Assembly (NCBI GenBank): GCA_043228905.1 | Contig: JBHGNT010000013.1 | Coordinates: forward strand, 4,836,001 to 4,900,000 | From: Azolla caroliniana | Taxonomy: Eukaryota; Plantae; Polypodiophyta | Reading direction: 5' to 3' | Length of the DNA: 64,000 nt | In this document: positions 50,001 through 63,080 of the stretch, piece by piece | Layout: each line of letters begins with the position of its first letter | Numbering within the stretch: position 1 is the stretch's first letter | Position numbers and translations under genes: made by a program | Notes under the pieces: model-generated | Seen by the model: only the letters and a program-made list of their open reading frames with translations | What the model was told of the DNA's origin: nothing | The model's database searches: none

Positions 50001-52084
50001 TAGCCAGAAAAGTATTCTTTTCCACCATCCGACCGCAGGCACTTGATCTTCCTCTCCGTTTCCTGTTCAACTAAGTTTTGAGGGTTCCGGAAACATTCTA
50101 AGACTTCGCTCTTCCTCTCAATGAGGTAGATCCATGTGTGTCGGTTGTAGTCGTCGATGAAGGAGACGAAATACCGACTCCCACAAAGACTAACGTTTTG
50201 TTCTGGTCCCCATACATCCGAATGGATTAAATTGAGCTTGTTACGGCTCCTATTTCATTCGGTGGGGAATGGAAGACGGTGTTGCTTCCCGAGTTGGCAG
50301 GCTTCACATATTTGGGACTTTCGGCCACTAAACTTTGGCAATCTGAACACAACCTGTTTCGATTGCAGATCATGAAGCCTCCGGTTGTTGACATGGCCGA
50401 TCCCCGTGACTCGTCATATGATTTGACGCTCCGGAGTCAACATACCACATCTTGTTCGGTTTCAAGGTGTTCACTGCCATTGAATTAGCCGTGTGCTTCA
50501 TTGCGAAGGCTGGGCCCGATCCATTTTCGGCTTGTTTAGAGTTGATTTCCTTGTTCGGTCCGCTTGGATCCAGATGCGGTTTTCTCCGAATCAGCGCGTT
50601 TCTTCCAGCACTCGCTCTCCCTATGGCCTTTCTTGCCACAGTACCAGCATTCTACTTGGCATTAGGACCATGCCTTCCATCTTTCTCCTGTCGGCCACCT
50701 CCATTGCACACCAACTTGCCTCGTCCGCCATGACCATCAGAATGCTCCGAACTTCGACGCTAGCCCTCCTAGGTAGACCTGCACCATTTCGTCCTCCTCA
50801 ATGTTTACATTGACAAAGGCAAGAGAGTCGCAGATGTCCTTGATCTTGGAGGTGTAATCAGCCACCAGCATATCTCGTTGTCGAATATTACTCAACTCTT
50901 GCCTGAGTTGGAGCTTTCTGGCTGTGGTGCTCGCGGCGAAGATCTTTTTCAGATTTCCCCAAGCATCCTTCGGCATCTTTGCATCCCGAATGTAGCTCAA
51001 AAGTTGATCGCTCACACAAAGCAGTAGAGAACTCTACTTGCCGCCTGTTCCCAAGCCGAGAAATCTCTGTGTGTCGATTTGGGTGTTGCTTCATTAGCTC
51101 CATCGACATAAATCTAGTAGCCATGCCCGAGCAGGTACTGGTGCATCTTGTACGACCAAGATGTGTAGTTGCTTCTGTCGAGCTTCTCCGTCAGAAGCGA
51201 GCTAGCCATTCCTCTATCCATTCTTTCCTTCTTCTATTCTTCACCGTGATTAGGGTTTATCTGTTTGTCAATAGCAGAGGATCTCAACCCTCGCGCTCTA
51301 ATACCATGTAAAAGAATACATGCGGAAGCTTAACAGGCACAACCAGATAACCACATAAAGGAAAGACAAAGAAGGTTCAATGGAAAATTTAATCAACACA
51401 GGGTATGTGAGAGAGACAGAGTGAGCAGAACACAGAAAACTCTATTCCAAAACAATACTCTAAAACTTTGTACATGAGATGTGCTCAGAGAGCACTTTTA
51501 TATAGGTCCATAAGGACTGACAGAAGTACTGACAAGTACTTCAATGATCATCAATAAGCCCCTACACTAACTCTCAAAATATATTCCTCCACGGTTTATG
51601 CACCGCTACGGCCTCTCGTTGCGCACCCAGTCTACGCACTGGTTTACGCACCCAATGTTGAGCTTGTATCTCAACACTTCTATCGAGCTTCTCGATGGGA
51701 AGAGCGCTTCCCATCTGGGTGTTCATTGTCAAACTTCTTCTACCCTTGATGCAAGCTTGAGCACAACACACGTAAAGGCGATGGGCTTGGATCAAGCTAT
51801 CACACGCTCTGATACCATGTAAACAATCAAGAGTGATTTTGTGCAACGGCTATGTGTGTGTGTATGTGAGACAAGAGAGAATGTGAGAGAGAGAGGGAGG
51901 GAAAGAGCTCTAGACAAGAAACTGTATATTACATCCAACAATAACTAAGCTACAAAAGGTTGGTCTAAATACCAACTGATCTAGGGCGAGTGCCCTTTCT
52001 ACTAATTACAAATCTAGCCTACTATGACGTCCACTAGTTAGTGTGAACATTGTCTCTGTGGGAAGTTGAGTTCGATTCTCAACA
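44069..52084 (-). mobile_element. Decayed Copia D: 3' LTR, RNase H and RT at 44069-46526; gag start, PBS and 5' LTR at 51677-52084
   Basis: Related LTRs at 44069-44340 and 51818-52084, Met PBS at 51803-51817, motifs YVDD, SWSSKKQ, EAEY and KHI. No matching TSD. Confidence 0.8.
46527..51676 (-). mobile_element. Decayed Copia E nested in D
   Basis: Diverged LTRs at 46527-46981 and 51307-51676, Met PBS at about 51292-51306, gag, PR (WYVDSGASNHMT), IN, RT ([10 protein letters not shown]) and RNase H remnants. Confidence 0.85.
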
Positions 52085-54842
52085 CCCATAAACACAAGAC
52101 CTTCCCCCCCACCGACTCCCTAGTCCAAGAACCTAGTGGTCCCGTCCAAGCCGCGGACTTCCACGACATCTTTGGTGAACCCGACGTGAAGTCCGTCACC
52201 AACCAAGATCCATGCGATTCAAGCCATGAAAGACATACGCGAGTCACAATCTGAAGTCCGCAAATTTCTCAGAGCATGTGTGTTCTACCATATATGGATT
52301 CCACACTATGCGCACATTGCAGACCCCCTCTACCAATTACTACGGAAGGGGAAAAGGTTCAAATAAAATCTAGAGCACACCGAAGCCATGAAAAAAACAT
52401 TGCAAGTAGCAAAGTCACTAAAGAAACTAGACTATACTCAACCGATCATAGTCACAGTTGATACAAGTCCAACCGGGCTCAGATGGGTCATCAACCAAGA
52501 AGATGTGGAAAGAACACGACATCCGGTCCGGTTCGGTTCGGTGCAAAGGTTCTCAACGCATGTCAATGAGGATACGCACAGATTAAAAGAGAATTATGGG
52601 GAGTCATGTCGGCGATAAAATCAGATCGGGATTATTTGATCGGAGCCGAAGTGGTGATCGAAATGGATTGTCTTCCAATACTTGGAATGATGCGATGTTG
52701 CATTGTATCAAATATGGCTATGCTAAGATGGATTGCATACGTGAAGTCACTTAATCTGGAGGTACGACACGTTTCGGGAAAAGACAATGCGACAGCAAAT
52801 ATGCTATCAAGGGCACGGTTCGGAGACAGCATAGTCAAATCGGATAATGAAGAAGTTTTGGAAGACTACTTTACTTCGGAGCATACATGCCGGATCAATG
52901 TAATCGGGGAATTTCGGGAAGACGAATACAAAGGAGAAATCTTGTTGATCGGAAGAACACTACAAGAGATCGAGGAATCATCAGATAATAAAGAAAATAG
53001 AGCCGAGATTCAGAAGAAGAAGCGATAAGTCCGGAAGTTCTTCCTGAACAATGGATTAATTTAGAGGGAGCCAAAAAGACCAAATGGTATACCACTACGG
53101 GTAGTCGGCACAAAGGAACAACAGAAACTGATAATATCTTAATTTCACGAATCCAATTAGGCTAGGCATCGGGATACGTGGGTGACATTTTCAAAGATCA
53201 AGAAAAAATATTGGTGGAAGAATATCTACAAGGACGTAGTGGAGTTCACAGAAAGCTATGGGAAATGTCAAATCTACTTTGGAGTTCAACACCGGGACAA
53301 ACTACATCCGACATTCTCACTGGCAATCAACTTCAAATGGATGGTCGACATCATGGCAATGCCCACCAAGATCAGACAAAAGATGTTCTTGGTGCTGGCT
53401 CGGCAGGATCTGACGAACCAAGTAGAAGGTCAGGCACTACGAACGAAAACAAGTTCTGCAGTTTGCTAATTTCTCTTGGAAGAAGTGTTATGCAAGCGCA
53501 GGTGTGTAGGTCAAGTGATTGCGGATCAGGGAGAACTTAACTCCGATGAAGCTAAGGAACTCTTCACCAAACACGAGGTACGGTTGACACTAACCATAGC
53601 ATACAATCCAAAAGCCAACGAGAAGATTGGGCGAGGACATACCAAAGGATGTGCAGGTTCTGAGGGGGCGAGTGTCGTAGTGTATTTCATACACTACGTG
53701 AAAAACGTACCAAGTACTCGATTGAATAAGTATGAAGAAAAAAGGAGAAAAATGTTAAACCATTGTTACATGCATAGGGCAAGATTCAAACCTTGTAACT
53801 CCATGTTAATAATTTGAAGCCTTACCATTATACTAACTTATCATAAGTAATATAATTATTAGATTTAGCTATATATAAGAGCTTTTCTTCTTCTTCTTCC
53901 AAAATGAAGCTACTTTCCCATTAGTTAGGAAGGATTATTACAAAGAGATTGTACAAGGAGGCTTATACAAAAATCGGGGAATCTCCCTCCAATCAAGTTC
54001 AAGAAAAGGAGACTACTTACCTAGCCTTTCGGACTAACTACTTAATGTAAGTAGATACCTATAACTAAAAACGGTGCCCTTCAGTGTTGGCTAGTACGAG
54101 CCAACTCCTAGGGCCTACAACAAAGGGAGGGTGGCATGTGAGTAGGAAACAACCATCATGGGGTCTGGTAGTTCCACCTTGGGCCACTTTCTCCTTGCCT
54201 CACCATAGGTGTGTTCCGTCATTTATGCCAAAAGCGCAAACAGGCAGTGGCCACGTCGTTGGAATGGCTGCAAACCTCATCCAATTAGCCGCGTAGGCAA
54301 CTGATAAGCGCAAACCATATGTCCATGATTACTTCCTCTGGGAGTTGTACCAGATCTTGGAAGACCTTTAGGCAATAGCTTATCCTCATGTGCATGAGTA
54401 CTATAATGAGAAAAGGCACGTGATGTCTATAATTAGAAGAAAAAAAAAACATGAATTCCATTGTTAGAAAAAGTATGAATACTATAGTTAGAGAAATTAT
54501 TCTAGGAAAAAGCTACTCATGCACATCTAGTGTGCATGAACACTTTAATTAGAAGAAAAATCATGATACTTGTCATGTGGTAAGTTATACTTAGCCTCTC
54601 CCATCACTATATAAGGAGGGGAAGCAAAATGTAATTGGTTGTTGAATCTTTGAGAATTTATTAGGGTTCAAAAGGGTTTATTAATATATTATACTATACT
54701 CGTGGAATTAACGAGTTTTCTATTTCTCTCTCTTTTAATCTATTCTTGATCCTATCTATCTAAATTTCCTTCTCCTCCTAGTCCAAAACCTCGGTGGTTT
54801 CCACCTAACTCGCGCAACAATCCGGCGCCGAAAGGCATGATA
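52085..54842 (+). mobile_element. Heavily deleted Trp-primed Gypsy: U5 remnant, PBS, RNase H/IN fragments, PPT, 3' LTR
   Basis: ...CACGACA (52168), PBS TGGTGAACCCGACGTGA at 52173-52189, motifs VTVDTSPTG, RWIAYVK and IADQGE, PPT GAGGGGGCGAG, LTR 53673-54842. Confidence 0.82.
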
Positions 54843-55719
54843 GCATGCTTAGCTAACAAGAGCCATAACCACATTGTCATAGTGTCAACATAAATCAAGG
54901 CTCCCCTGATAAGAAGGTAACTAGCCTCCTTATATAAGCAAAAATCCTAGGCCCTAATGTGTTCACACTTGACTACTTTACTTGAAGTGGTCAAAGGATA
55001 ATACACTTGATAGTTATCCCACACTGTTGAATTGAATATTATAATTCATACCCTTGTTCCTTTCAGAATTAACCCACACGTACTCATCATAATATTAGGA
55101 AAAACTACAGAGAACCTATCTCATAATCAGTTATGGTTATGCACGTACTGGTATCACTTTGATAAAATGCTCTGCATTGATCACATTCGACTATACCTTC
55201 CACATATCTATGACCAAACCCAATCCTTGCACGAATTTCTCTCAAAGTCTCAATTGCATTAATCATTAGTATAATTCTTGAACATCAAGAATCATTACTC
55301 ACTTTCACATGTATTATGTGAAATATAATATTTTTTTCTATGTTATAGGATATTTGTAAGACATCATAATGCTTTGTTTTGTTATGAGTTTATATATTTT
55401 GAATATGTGGCAAGTAAATAGTTACAGAAGTAAATACATGCATTATCTTATAATGATTACACCCCTAACAATGTTACAAAATTGTAAAACAAGCTATGTC
55501 TACTTTGTGAGCTTTACATTTTCATCGATTCTTAACATATTTATTTCCACAATGGTTCATAGCGTAAGAGGATCTCAATGATGTGGACGAGCAACACACA
55601 TTAGTACAATATTTAGATCATAACGAGTCTCCCTTTACACAACAACATTTATAATTATGAAATATGCATGAAATGATAAGATTTAGAATATGTAAAAGCT
55701 ATTGTATCTCAATATGATG

Positions 55720-56800
55720 TTTTTTTTCCAAATGATTTCCTTCATTAGTATTAAGAAAAGCGCCGAAAGGCTACAAAATGTACAATCAGAGAGTATTATA
55801 TACAAAAGAGATGTTCTGGGCAAGGACCAGGGGTGATGATATTTCTATATCAGTCCTTAAGAGGAGAATGTGAACAGAGGCAGCTTCCTCCATAACTACA
55901 GTAGTTTTTTCCTTTTCTTAAGAACAACTTCCGAAGAGCCTAGCATATTGTCATATTGCCCATGCACTACCACCAATAAGCTCTCCCATAATTCTAGCAA
56001 TATATCTGACAGAATGGAATCATATCGTCTTTTACAATGATACTTCCATAAGATCCAAAATGTAACCATTGATATTGTTTTCCATACATGGGTTGCACGC
56101 ATTTGCTTGCGAGGTTGCAGAAAAGGGGAGACAAAAATTAGATGCTTGTTGATGACTGTCATTGCCTCTAGAGCATCATCTACCTCATACAACAAGAGAC
56201 TGGAATGGAGAACCCCCAATACCGTTGATCCCTAGGAGAAGAGGCAACCTGCATTAATTGTCAGGAATAAAGAAAGAACTTTATTCCATACTTGTTGGGC
56301 TAATGAGCATGACCAGAGAGCATGCTTGGTAGTTTCCTGCATGTCGCCACAATAACAACATTGTCTAAGAATGGTTGCCATGTCTCCTTTCAATGACTAA
56401 CCTATTGGTAGTGTTGCATGTAGTAAAAGCCATCTGAAGAGAATATATTTAGTTGGCCCCCTAAAAGACCAAATCCATTTCCAATAAGCCTTCAAATGAA
56501 TGTGTGAAATACCCCACTTATTCCAGTGCTTTTGAGTTGTAAGAGTTGGAATATTCTTAGACATGAGTAAGGTTCTACCAAATTTCATAGTGTACCGAAA
56601 GAATGGAACCTTCTACAATGGATTCATCATGGGACTGGTCCAGAAACATCCCCCTAGGTCCCACATCAACCTACTAACTGGCTATCGTGCATATAATCAG
56701 AGCATATCCCACAAATGAGCTACTCACGGTTGTGGATCCAATATCCATTTCTTACTAGATTTGGCAATCACCCTAACTGGAATAGCGAGTAGGTTCTGTA
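55720..56800 (-). mobile_element. 5'-truncated L1-like LINE (zf-RVT C-terminus and poly-A)
   Basis: WKWIWSF..PTK...FRWLLLH..LP...C.LC...ETTKHALWSCSLAQQVW and W.LWK motifs; a T run at about 55720-55727 is the minus-strand poly-A tail. Confidence 0.8.
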
Positions 56801-59800
56801 GTAAATTATCTAAGGGTGTAAGTCTGCAATTTATTGTCTTGTTGAATATGGAAATAAAAAATACATCTATTTACAAAAATTCCTTCAACAAAAAGCATCA
56901 TGCCATTCATAAGGTAACCTAACCACATATGCTCCTGCATTGGCTGAAGTTTCGCCAAGCCAATGATAACGCCACTGAAATATCCACTCTCGATATAATG
57001 ATTATTACATTTAGACAAATAAGTGATTGCTCCAAATATCTCTAAGAGTGTTTGTGTAATGCATCGGGATTCATTTAAAACTTTGGACAAGCCCATGAAA
57101 TTGACGGTTACAAATTTCTTCAACTTTGTGGGTTTTAACCCATTTTTATAAGAAAATTTATTTTTTCATATTATCCTTCGATTAGAAATTATATAAATTT
57201 ATGATATCGAGTAACGTTTCAAGAATTAGAAAATTTATGAGGTGGCACTCTATACCGGAGAATGGCCAAAATCCATGAGTTATACACATTTCAATAATAT
57301 TGAATCAAGTCGTTCAATGTCCAAACTATTTATACAGAGGTTAGCATCCAAAACCATCATGGCTCAACCAATTAGCAAAATGTTTCTCAACAATTTATTA
57401 CAAACAGAATGTACATTTTTTTCTTCAGTTAAATTGTGTGTGGAGGTTCCCTTCAATTTTGGGGGTTGTATTACACCATCAACTTTATATATTTGAGTTT
57501 AGAATTTCTACAAGATAGCCCTCTAGATCTACAACCAGTCATGTAGGATATTCCAAGACTCTCTGATGTAATGCACAAGGGCAATAATGATTTTTCCAAT
57601 AATGCTTTCCACTAGTAAAGGCTATAATTACAGTGTGCTTGACTTTAAAAGCCTATTTCCATTATTTTTTGGAATTTGAATATTGATTGCAAACACATGT
57701 AGAGAAGAGATCGGATTTGAGACGAGAATATTAATTTAATGATTAGATTCAAGATATATCATCTTCATTTCTTAAGATAAACATGGGAACCTAAAAGATT
57801 TATGAAGGTGATGCCTCGTTGGGTGCAAACCGATGCATAAACGAAATGGCAGTATCTTTTTACAATGTTTTGGTATCAAGCACTTGCTTTTATTATAATT
57901 TATAAATTTACATAAATACATCCGAAGGAAATCTGCCCAATATTGGGTCACACACCGATGTTACGTCTTTCTATTGTTTGCTTTGTTTGTGCAGAAAAAT
58001 CCTAAATATCCTTCTGGTTATCATAACCAAATAAAAGTATGCTTGCTTGTTTTCAAACTACTTACCTATGCCTAGTGAAATTAGAAAGAAAAAAAACTGA
58101 AAAATGTGGTTCCTAACTTCAACACAATAATGTCACATATAAATCTTTTAAGTTGCATGTATGTGCGTAATGTTAATTTTTATGTGATTGGCAAAGCTTG
58201 GTGTTAGTTGGCCAAGCATGAATGGGTGATTCTGAAAATAAGCAAGTTTTGAAACAAATGAGTACATTTTATTAATTTTCCATTCATTTTATCCCTCTCT
58301 ATTGATGTGTTCATTTTAAGCATTTAAAACTAAATGTTTCCTGCATCATTTCAAGCCAAATATTTGTTTCGGTCTTTTAGGAGAACATAATTGTGTACTA
58401 AGGAAAAAAATCCTTTATCACTTACACGAGCCTTTAAATAAGCTTGATAATAATTTCTTCAACATTCCATAGCCTAGCCCTAGATATCCTCTTGAACATT
58501 ATTTTTGTAAGTTTTGGTTCCCTCGAACATTAATAAACAAAATTATTATTCAAAACTTACGTACATGTAAATCGTTATGTTAAAATCACAAAACTATTAT
58601 TAAATGCAGTGCCTTTTGGAATGATGCTTTCTCCATATGGTTTTTGTCTTTGAGAAATTATTAAAGGAAGTGACAGATGCATGATCTCTTTAATTGAAAA
58701 CCAGACAAACTGTTAGTCCTTCATAAGCAAAATGAAGTCATAAATAAATAAATGATAAAATGCCCACCCTTTATCGTGTGTACATCATACTCACATCATT
58801 GAGATTCTTGAATCACTCAATTTGAGCAACACAACAACTCTCCCTCCCTTTTGATGGTTCCTCTTACAAGAATTACCCTAAGTAACAAACCACACCAAAA
58901 ATGGCTGAACAAATTATGAAAATGTCTTAAGGTGAAATCACCAACCAAACCTACAAGCATTGGTGCATTTTCATTTCAATATTGTTAATAGGTATTAGAT
59001 TCCATATCCAATATGGAAGCAAAAAATAAGAAATTATTTTAGAAGAAGGTTAAAAATAGGGCCTAGATTTGCCTAACCATCCCCCAACGATGGTGAGAGA
59101 GGAACCCACATGCCCATCACTGTCCCATACTACCTCATATGGACATGAGATTGCCAACTAGAGCCTTGTCTCGACGTAGAATTGTTTTTTCCCATAAGGA
59201 GTTTACTAGCCTAGCCTACTTATATGGTCTTAAGCCCTAAGTCCTTGGCCTATTCATACTTTATTGCTTCACATGAAGTGATCAAGTGGCAAGTCAATTA
59301 TTGGTTACCTCTCATTGTAGAATTGAATATCTTCAATTTTCTTCTTCTTTCTAATGTGAATTAACACGCATGAACTCACCATGGGTTAGATCAAACTATC
59401 GTGGAAGAACCTCGTGGTCTATCATGGCCATGCTCGTAACAAAGAGTTCTCAAAGGGAATGTGTTGGTATATGTTATTAAGTGAGCTATGTTGTTGTCAT
59501 GGAGTATCCTAAGTGTCCCTCAATATATGAAGTTTGTATGTGTATAGTAGGCTTAATGAATGGATACTTATGACAAAAACCTTTGTGTGGCTATGGTTGT
59601 CATGGATTAATTGTGCACGTGTTAGGTTGAGGGCTTTGAGTCAGCCCAAAAGCACACCATATTTCAAAAAGTTTAGAATATGCAGGTAATAGATATCTTA
59701 AATCATTTGATGTTAATAAGACAAGCATACACCTACTCTTTTTGTTACATTGTGCCATATACGTATTGCGATAATGTATTGTATATTTTATAGAGAGACC

Positions 59801-62732
59801 CATAATAGTTTATCGTGATGCATAGGAGCGAATAGAAGAGCCAAATCGAACAACATTTATAGATCATGCAACCTTTGAACTATCTTGACTAGTCTCAATA
59901 ACTCAATCACTTTGTTGATAAGGAAAAATGAAGATTTGGGGTCTTCAAATGTGAGGGTTCTTCAAGGTGTGTGGATAAATATTGTTATATTATATTGCCA
60001 TAAGCTTATTGCACTCTTTTATACATGTGGCCTTAGGAAACACGATCAATTTATTGTTGTAACACACTTCATGTGAACACTACTAGTATATATATTGATA
60101 TAATAACAAGACCAAAGAGAAGATTATGATTCATATTATAAATTCATTAAAGTGATGCATGTCTTTTACATATATGGCCAATTTGAATGTGAAGGAGTTC
60201 ATGTAGTCTACCAAAGGCACTATAATATTCGAATTTGGTTCATCACACGGTTGACTAATAACTATGACAAAGGTCTAAATGTAAATGCCTCGACGGTAAG
60301 TACCTCGGTCGAGGACAATTGCATCTAACTTGTGCCAAGGCCATCAATTTTGAGAATATTATATACCATATCAATGTGGGCAAAGTCCAATCCAACCCAA
60401 TAACACATTATTATATTGTAGTGTGCACAAGGACTAAGTCTACACCAACACAACAACACTTCACTTTGAATTAAGTTTCCTTATAAATCTCATCAGTTTG
60501 TGTTAATTACAGTGAATCACCATCTCTATACTAAGCAATTTGAGTGCAATCACATGAATATGGCCCTTTTATAATACGATCAAGACAACATGCGTAGATT
60601 CATGGAATAGTGGCTTGTCAAGTGAGGGAGGGTCATTAGGAAAAGAAAACGATTTTTAAGACTTCTATTGAAAGGGACGCTTAGAAGATAATGCCTCCAA
60701 GTATATCTTGGACTGATATGCCCCAATGGCCTCAACTTGCGAGGGCCATAATGTCCATTATTTTATTATGGTGCTTTGAGTAACACATAAAAGAAACCAT
60801 AACAATTATCCCATTAGAATTATTGCTCTTTACATAATCCATTATTGGGTTAGAACACATTGTAATCACTTCCTTTCATGAACATATAAACATATGCCTT
60901 GCCACAAACTTTGACGATTCTCAATGGGGCCCAACCATAACGTGCCTATAACAAACCAGGAGGAACACATCTACATCTATCTGGCAACATGTTTGGCAAA
61001 CGAAAAACACACGCACGCGCATTATTGTAGATTATTATTAAGTTGTCTTCATTTCGTCATATAATGAATATAGAATATGATAGGTCTCCCATTATTTTAA
61101 ACTTATTTATTGCTCGATGTTTACAGTGTTCAAAGACTTCTACACATCAACAAAAAACCATCATTTATCTCATAAAATGTTGTCTTATTGCATTTCACAA
61201 ACATTGCAAGGAATTGCATGCTCGTCATCCTTCTATATTGTCTCTCTTACTCTCTTCTTATCTCTACCTATAAACAACCAACCAATGGCTCCAAACAAGG
61301 ATCTTCCTACAATTCCAAAAATAGTGAACTTGAATGGAGAAGGAATAATATAGAGTATTCCTTTGTTATACGAGAGTTGAGACTATCCATTTGACCAACC
61401 ACAAGGAAATATATCAAACACATCCGTATTTTTACTGCACCAACAAAGTCCTTTCATTTACCTTTAAGCACATGGTAAATTTGGCAGGACTTCTTTGAAT
61501 AGGGGAAAGGTTTCAAGGATGCTATATTTCCGAAAAACACGCATTCATTTAATTTATCACTTTACTCGTAAAAATGCAAAGTAGAAGGAAAGGGGTAGAA
61601 AGGCGGTGAAGATTGATGGGAGCATATAAATATATATTATATACATCTCTTTATGTTAAAAAATACATTGATCGATAAGTTCGACATGTCAGAAAGCGAA
61701 AAAGCACAATGTGACGCACTTCATGCCTTTTTTCCGGTTTCTTGTTTCTATGGAATAGACCGGCATCATCTCCTTTCTCTCCCGCACCAACAATATTTAC
61801 AACACCACTGAGGATGCATGAATTTGGAGATCTTCAATTTAAAGAGCATCATTGACTCAAAACGACCTCAACGTTACAATGTACATAAGAAAATAGGTGT
61901 GAAAGGAACATATCAAGGGAAATATGAGGGTTTTTTTTTGTTGCATATATGATGAATGCCACTCTTTCCGCTGACAAAGACAAAGAAAAAAGATTCACAT
62001 TGTGCCTCGAAACAAATACAATTGAATGTTTGATGTATCTACAAATGCATGTATGGCCAATGTTAACTTGCTCGGAGTTCTTATACTGAGCAGTCTATGT
62101 GGTATTCTAAGACAAATCAAGCTTCCTAGAATGGTTTTCTGTTAGCACCTCTACCAAGGCTTCAACCTCCACAAACTTGACTTGCAAATAACTAGGGCAT
62201 GACTCGCAAAGGAGAGGCCACCGGGACACATCTCATGGCTTGTGCCTCCAAAAGCAATTGAACATGGATGGTGACAAATCCACACTTATACTATGCCAAC
62301 AAAGAAGAAGAATTTTTATACCTGTTGTGAACACAAACTATGTGTAGGGCCATGGGGGGCTTTCGTTAAGCCAACCTTATGAATGAAATCAATAATATTA
62401 GATATGTTATTAGATAGATAGTTAGTTGTCTTTGTGTCTTTTTCTGTTTGTTTATGTGTATGTAGTAATTGGTCGTTGGTTTGACGTCCCTTCGTATAGG
62501 TTCCAGAATCTTTCAATGAGCGAGTTATGGTCTTTTCATTCTTATGTGAAATGTTTCGTCATTAGTTGTGTGGCATTTCATGAATGAGAATCGAAGCACA
62601 CACGTATATGTACATATGATCGCTGCACGTTCCGTTTTTTAAAAGAAAATTCATCGTGTAGACCTAGGCCAGGTCGGCCGCCCAAAATGCCCCTTTTGTT
62701 TTTACCTACGGACACCAACCATACTGCTCACA

Positions 62733-62912
62733 ATAAGTAAGTGATTAACTAAATAAGTGTGTAATTAAGTGAGTAAGTAAGTAAGTAAGACAGTAATTAA
62801 AAAACAAACTTAATAAGTAATTAAGCAAGTACTTAAGAAAGTAAGTGAGTAATTAAGTAGGTAAAAACAAGCAAAGAAACTTATATAAGTATGTAAGTAC
62901 GTATTTAAACAA
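62733..62912. repeat. Degenerate (TAAG)n / AAGT-rich low-complexity repeat
   Basis: Recurrent TAAGTAAGT and TAATTAAG units. Confidence 0.7.
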
Positions 62913-62968
62913 GCAAACAACCTTCTATATAAATAAATTAGAGAGAAGAAAAAAAAGAACTAATTTAG

Positions 62969-62969
<1 letters not shown>

Positions 62970-63010
<41 letters not shown>

Positions 63011-63080
63011 TCCATCCCTGATACACCTGCTCTTCCCATACCTGCCCTAACCCTAACCCTAACCCTAACCCTAACCCTAA
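62970..63080 (+). promoter_or_regulatory. (CT)n tract and (CCCTAA)6 telomere-like array in a probable promoter or 5' UTR
   Basis: TATA-like sequence near 62925, CT repeat up to about 63005, six CCCTAA units at 63045-63080, upstream of the ATG at 63360. Confidence 0.65.

Noticed and set aside
60288-60330. GC-rich hairpin CCTCGAC...GTCGAGG as a Helitron 3' end
   Set aside because: No convincing CTRR-T terminus or matching 5' TC end; insufficient evidence.
56806-62516. Short ORFs in the AT-rich intergenic region
   Set aside because: No motifs and composition typical of non-coding DNA; small exons cannot be excluded without RNA data.
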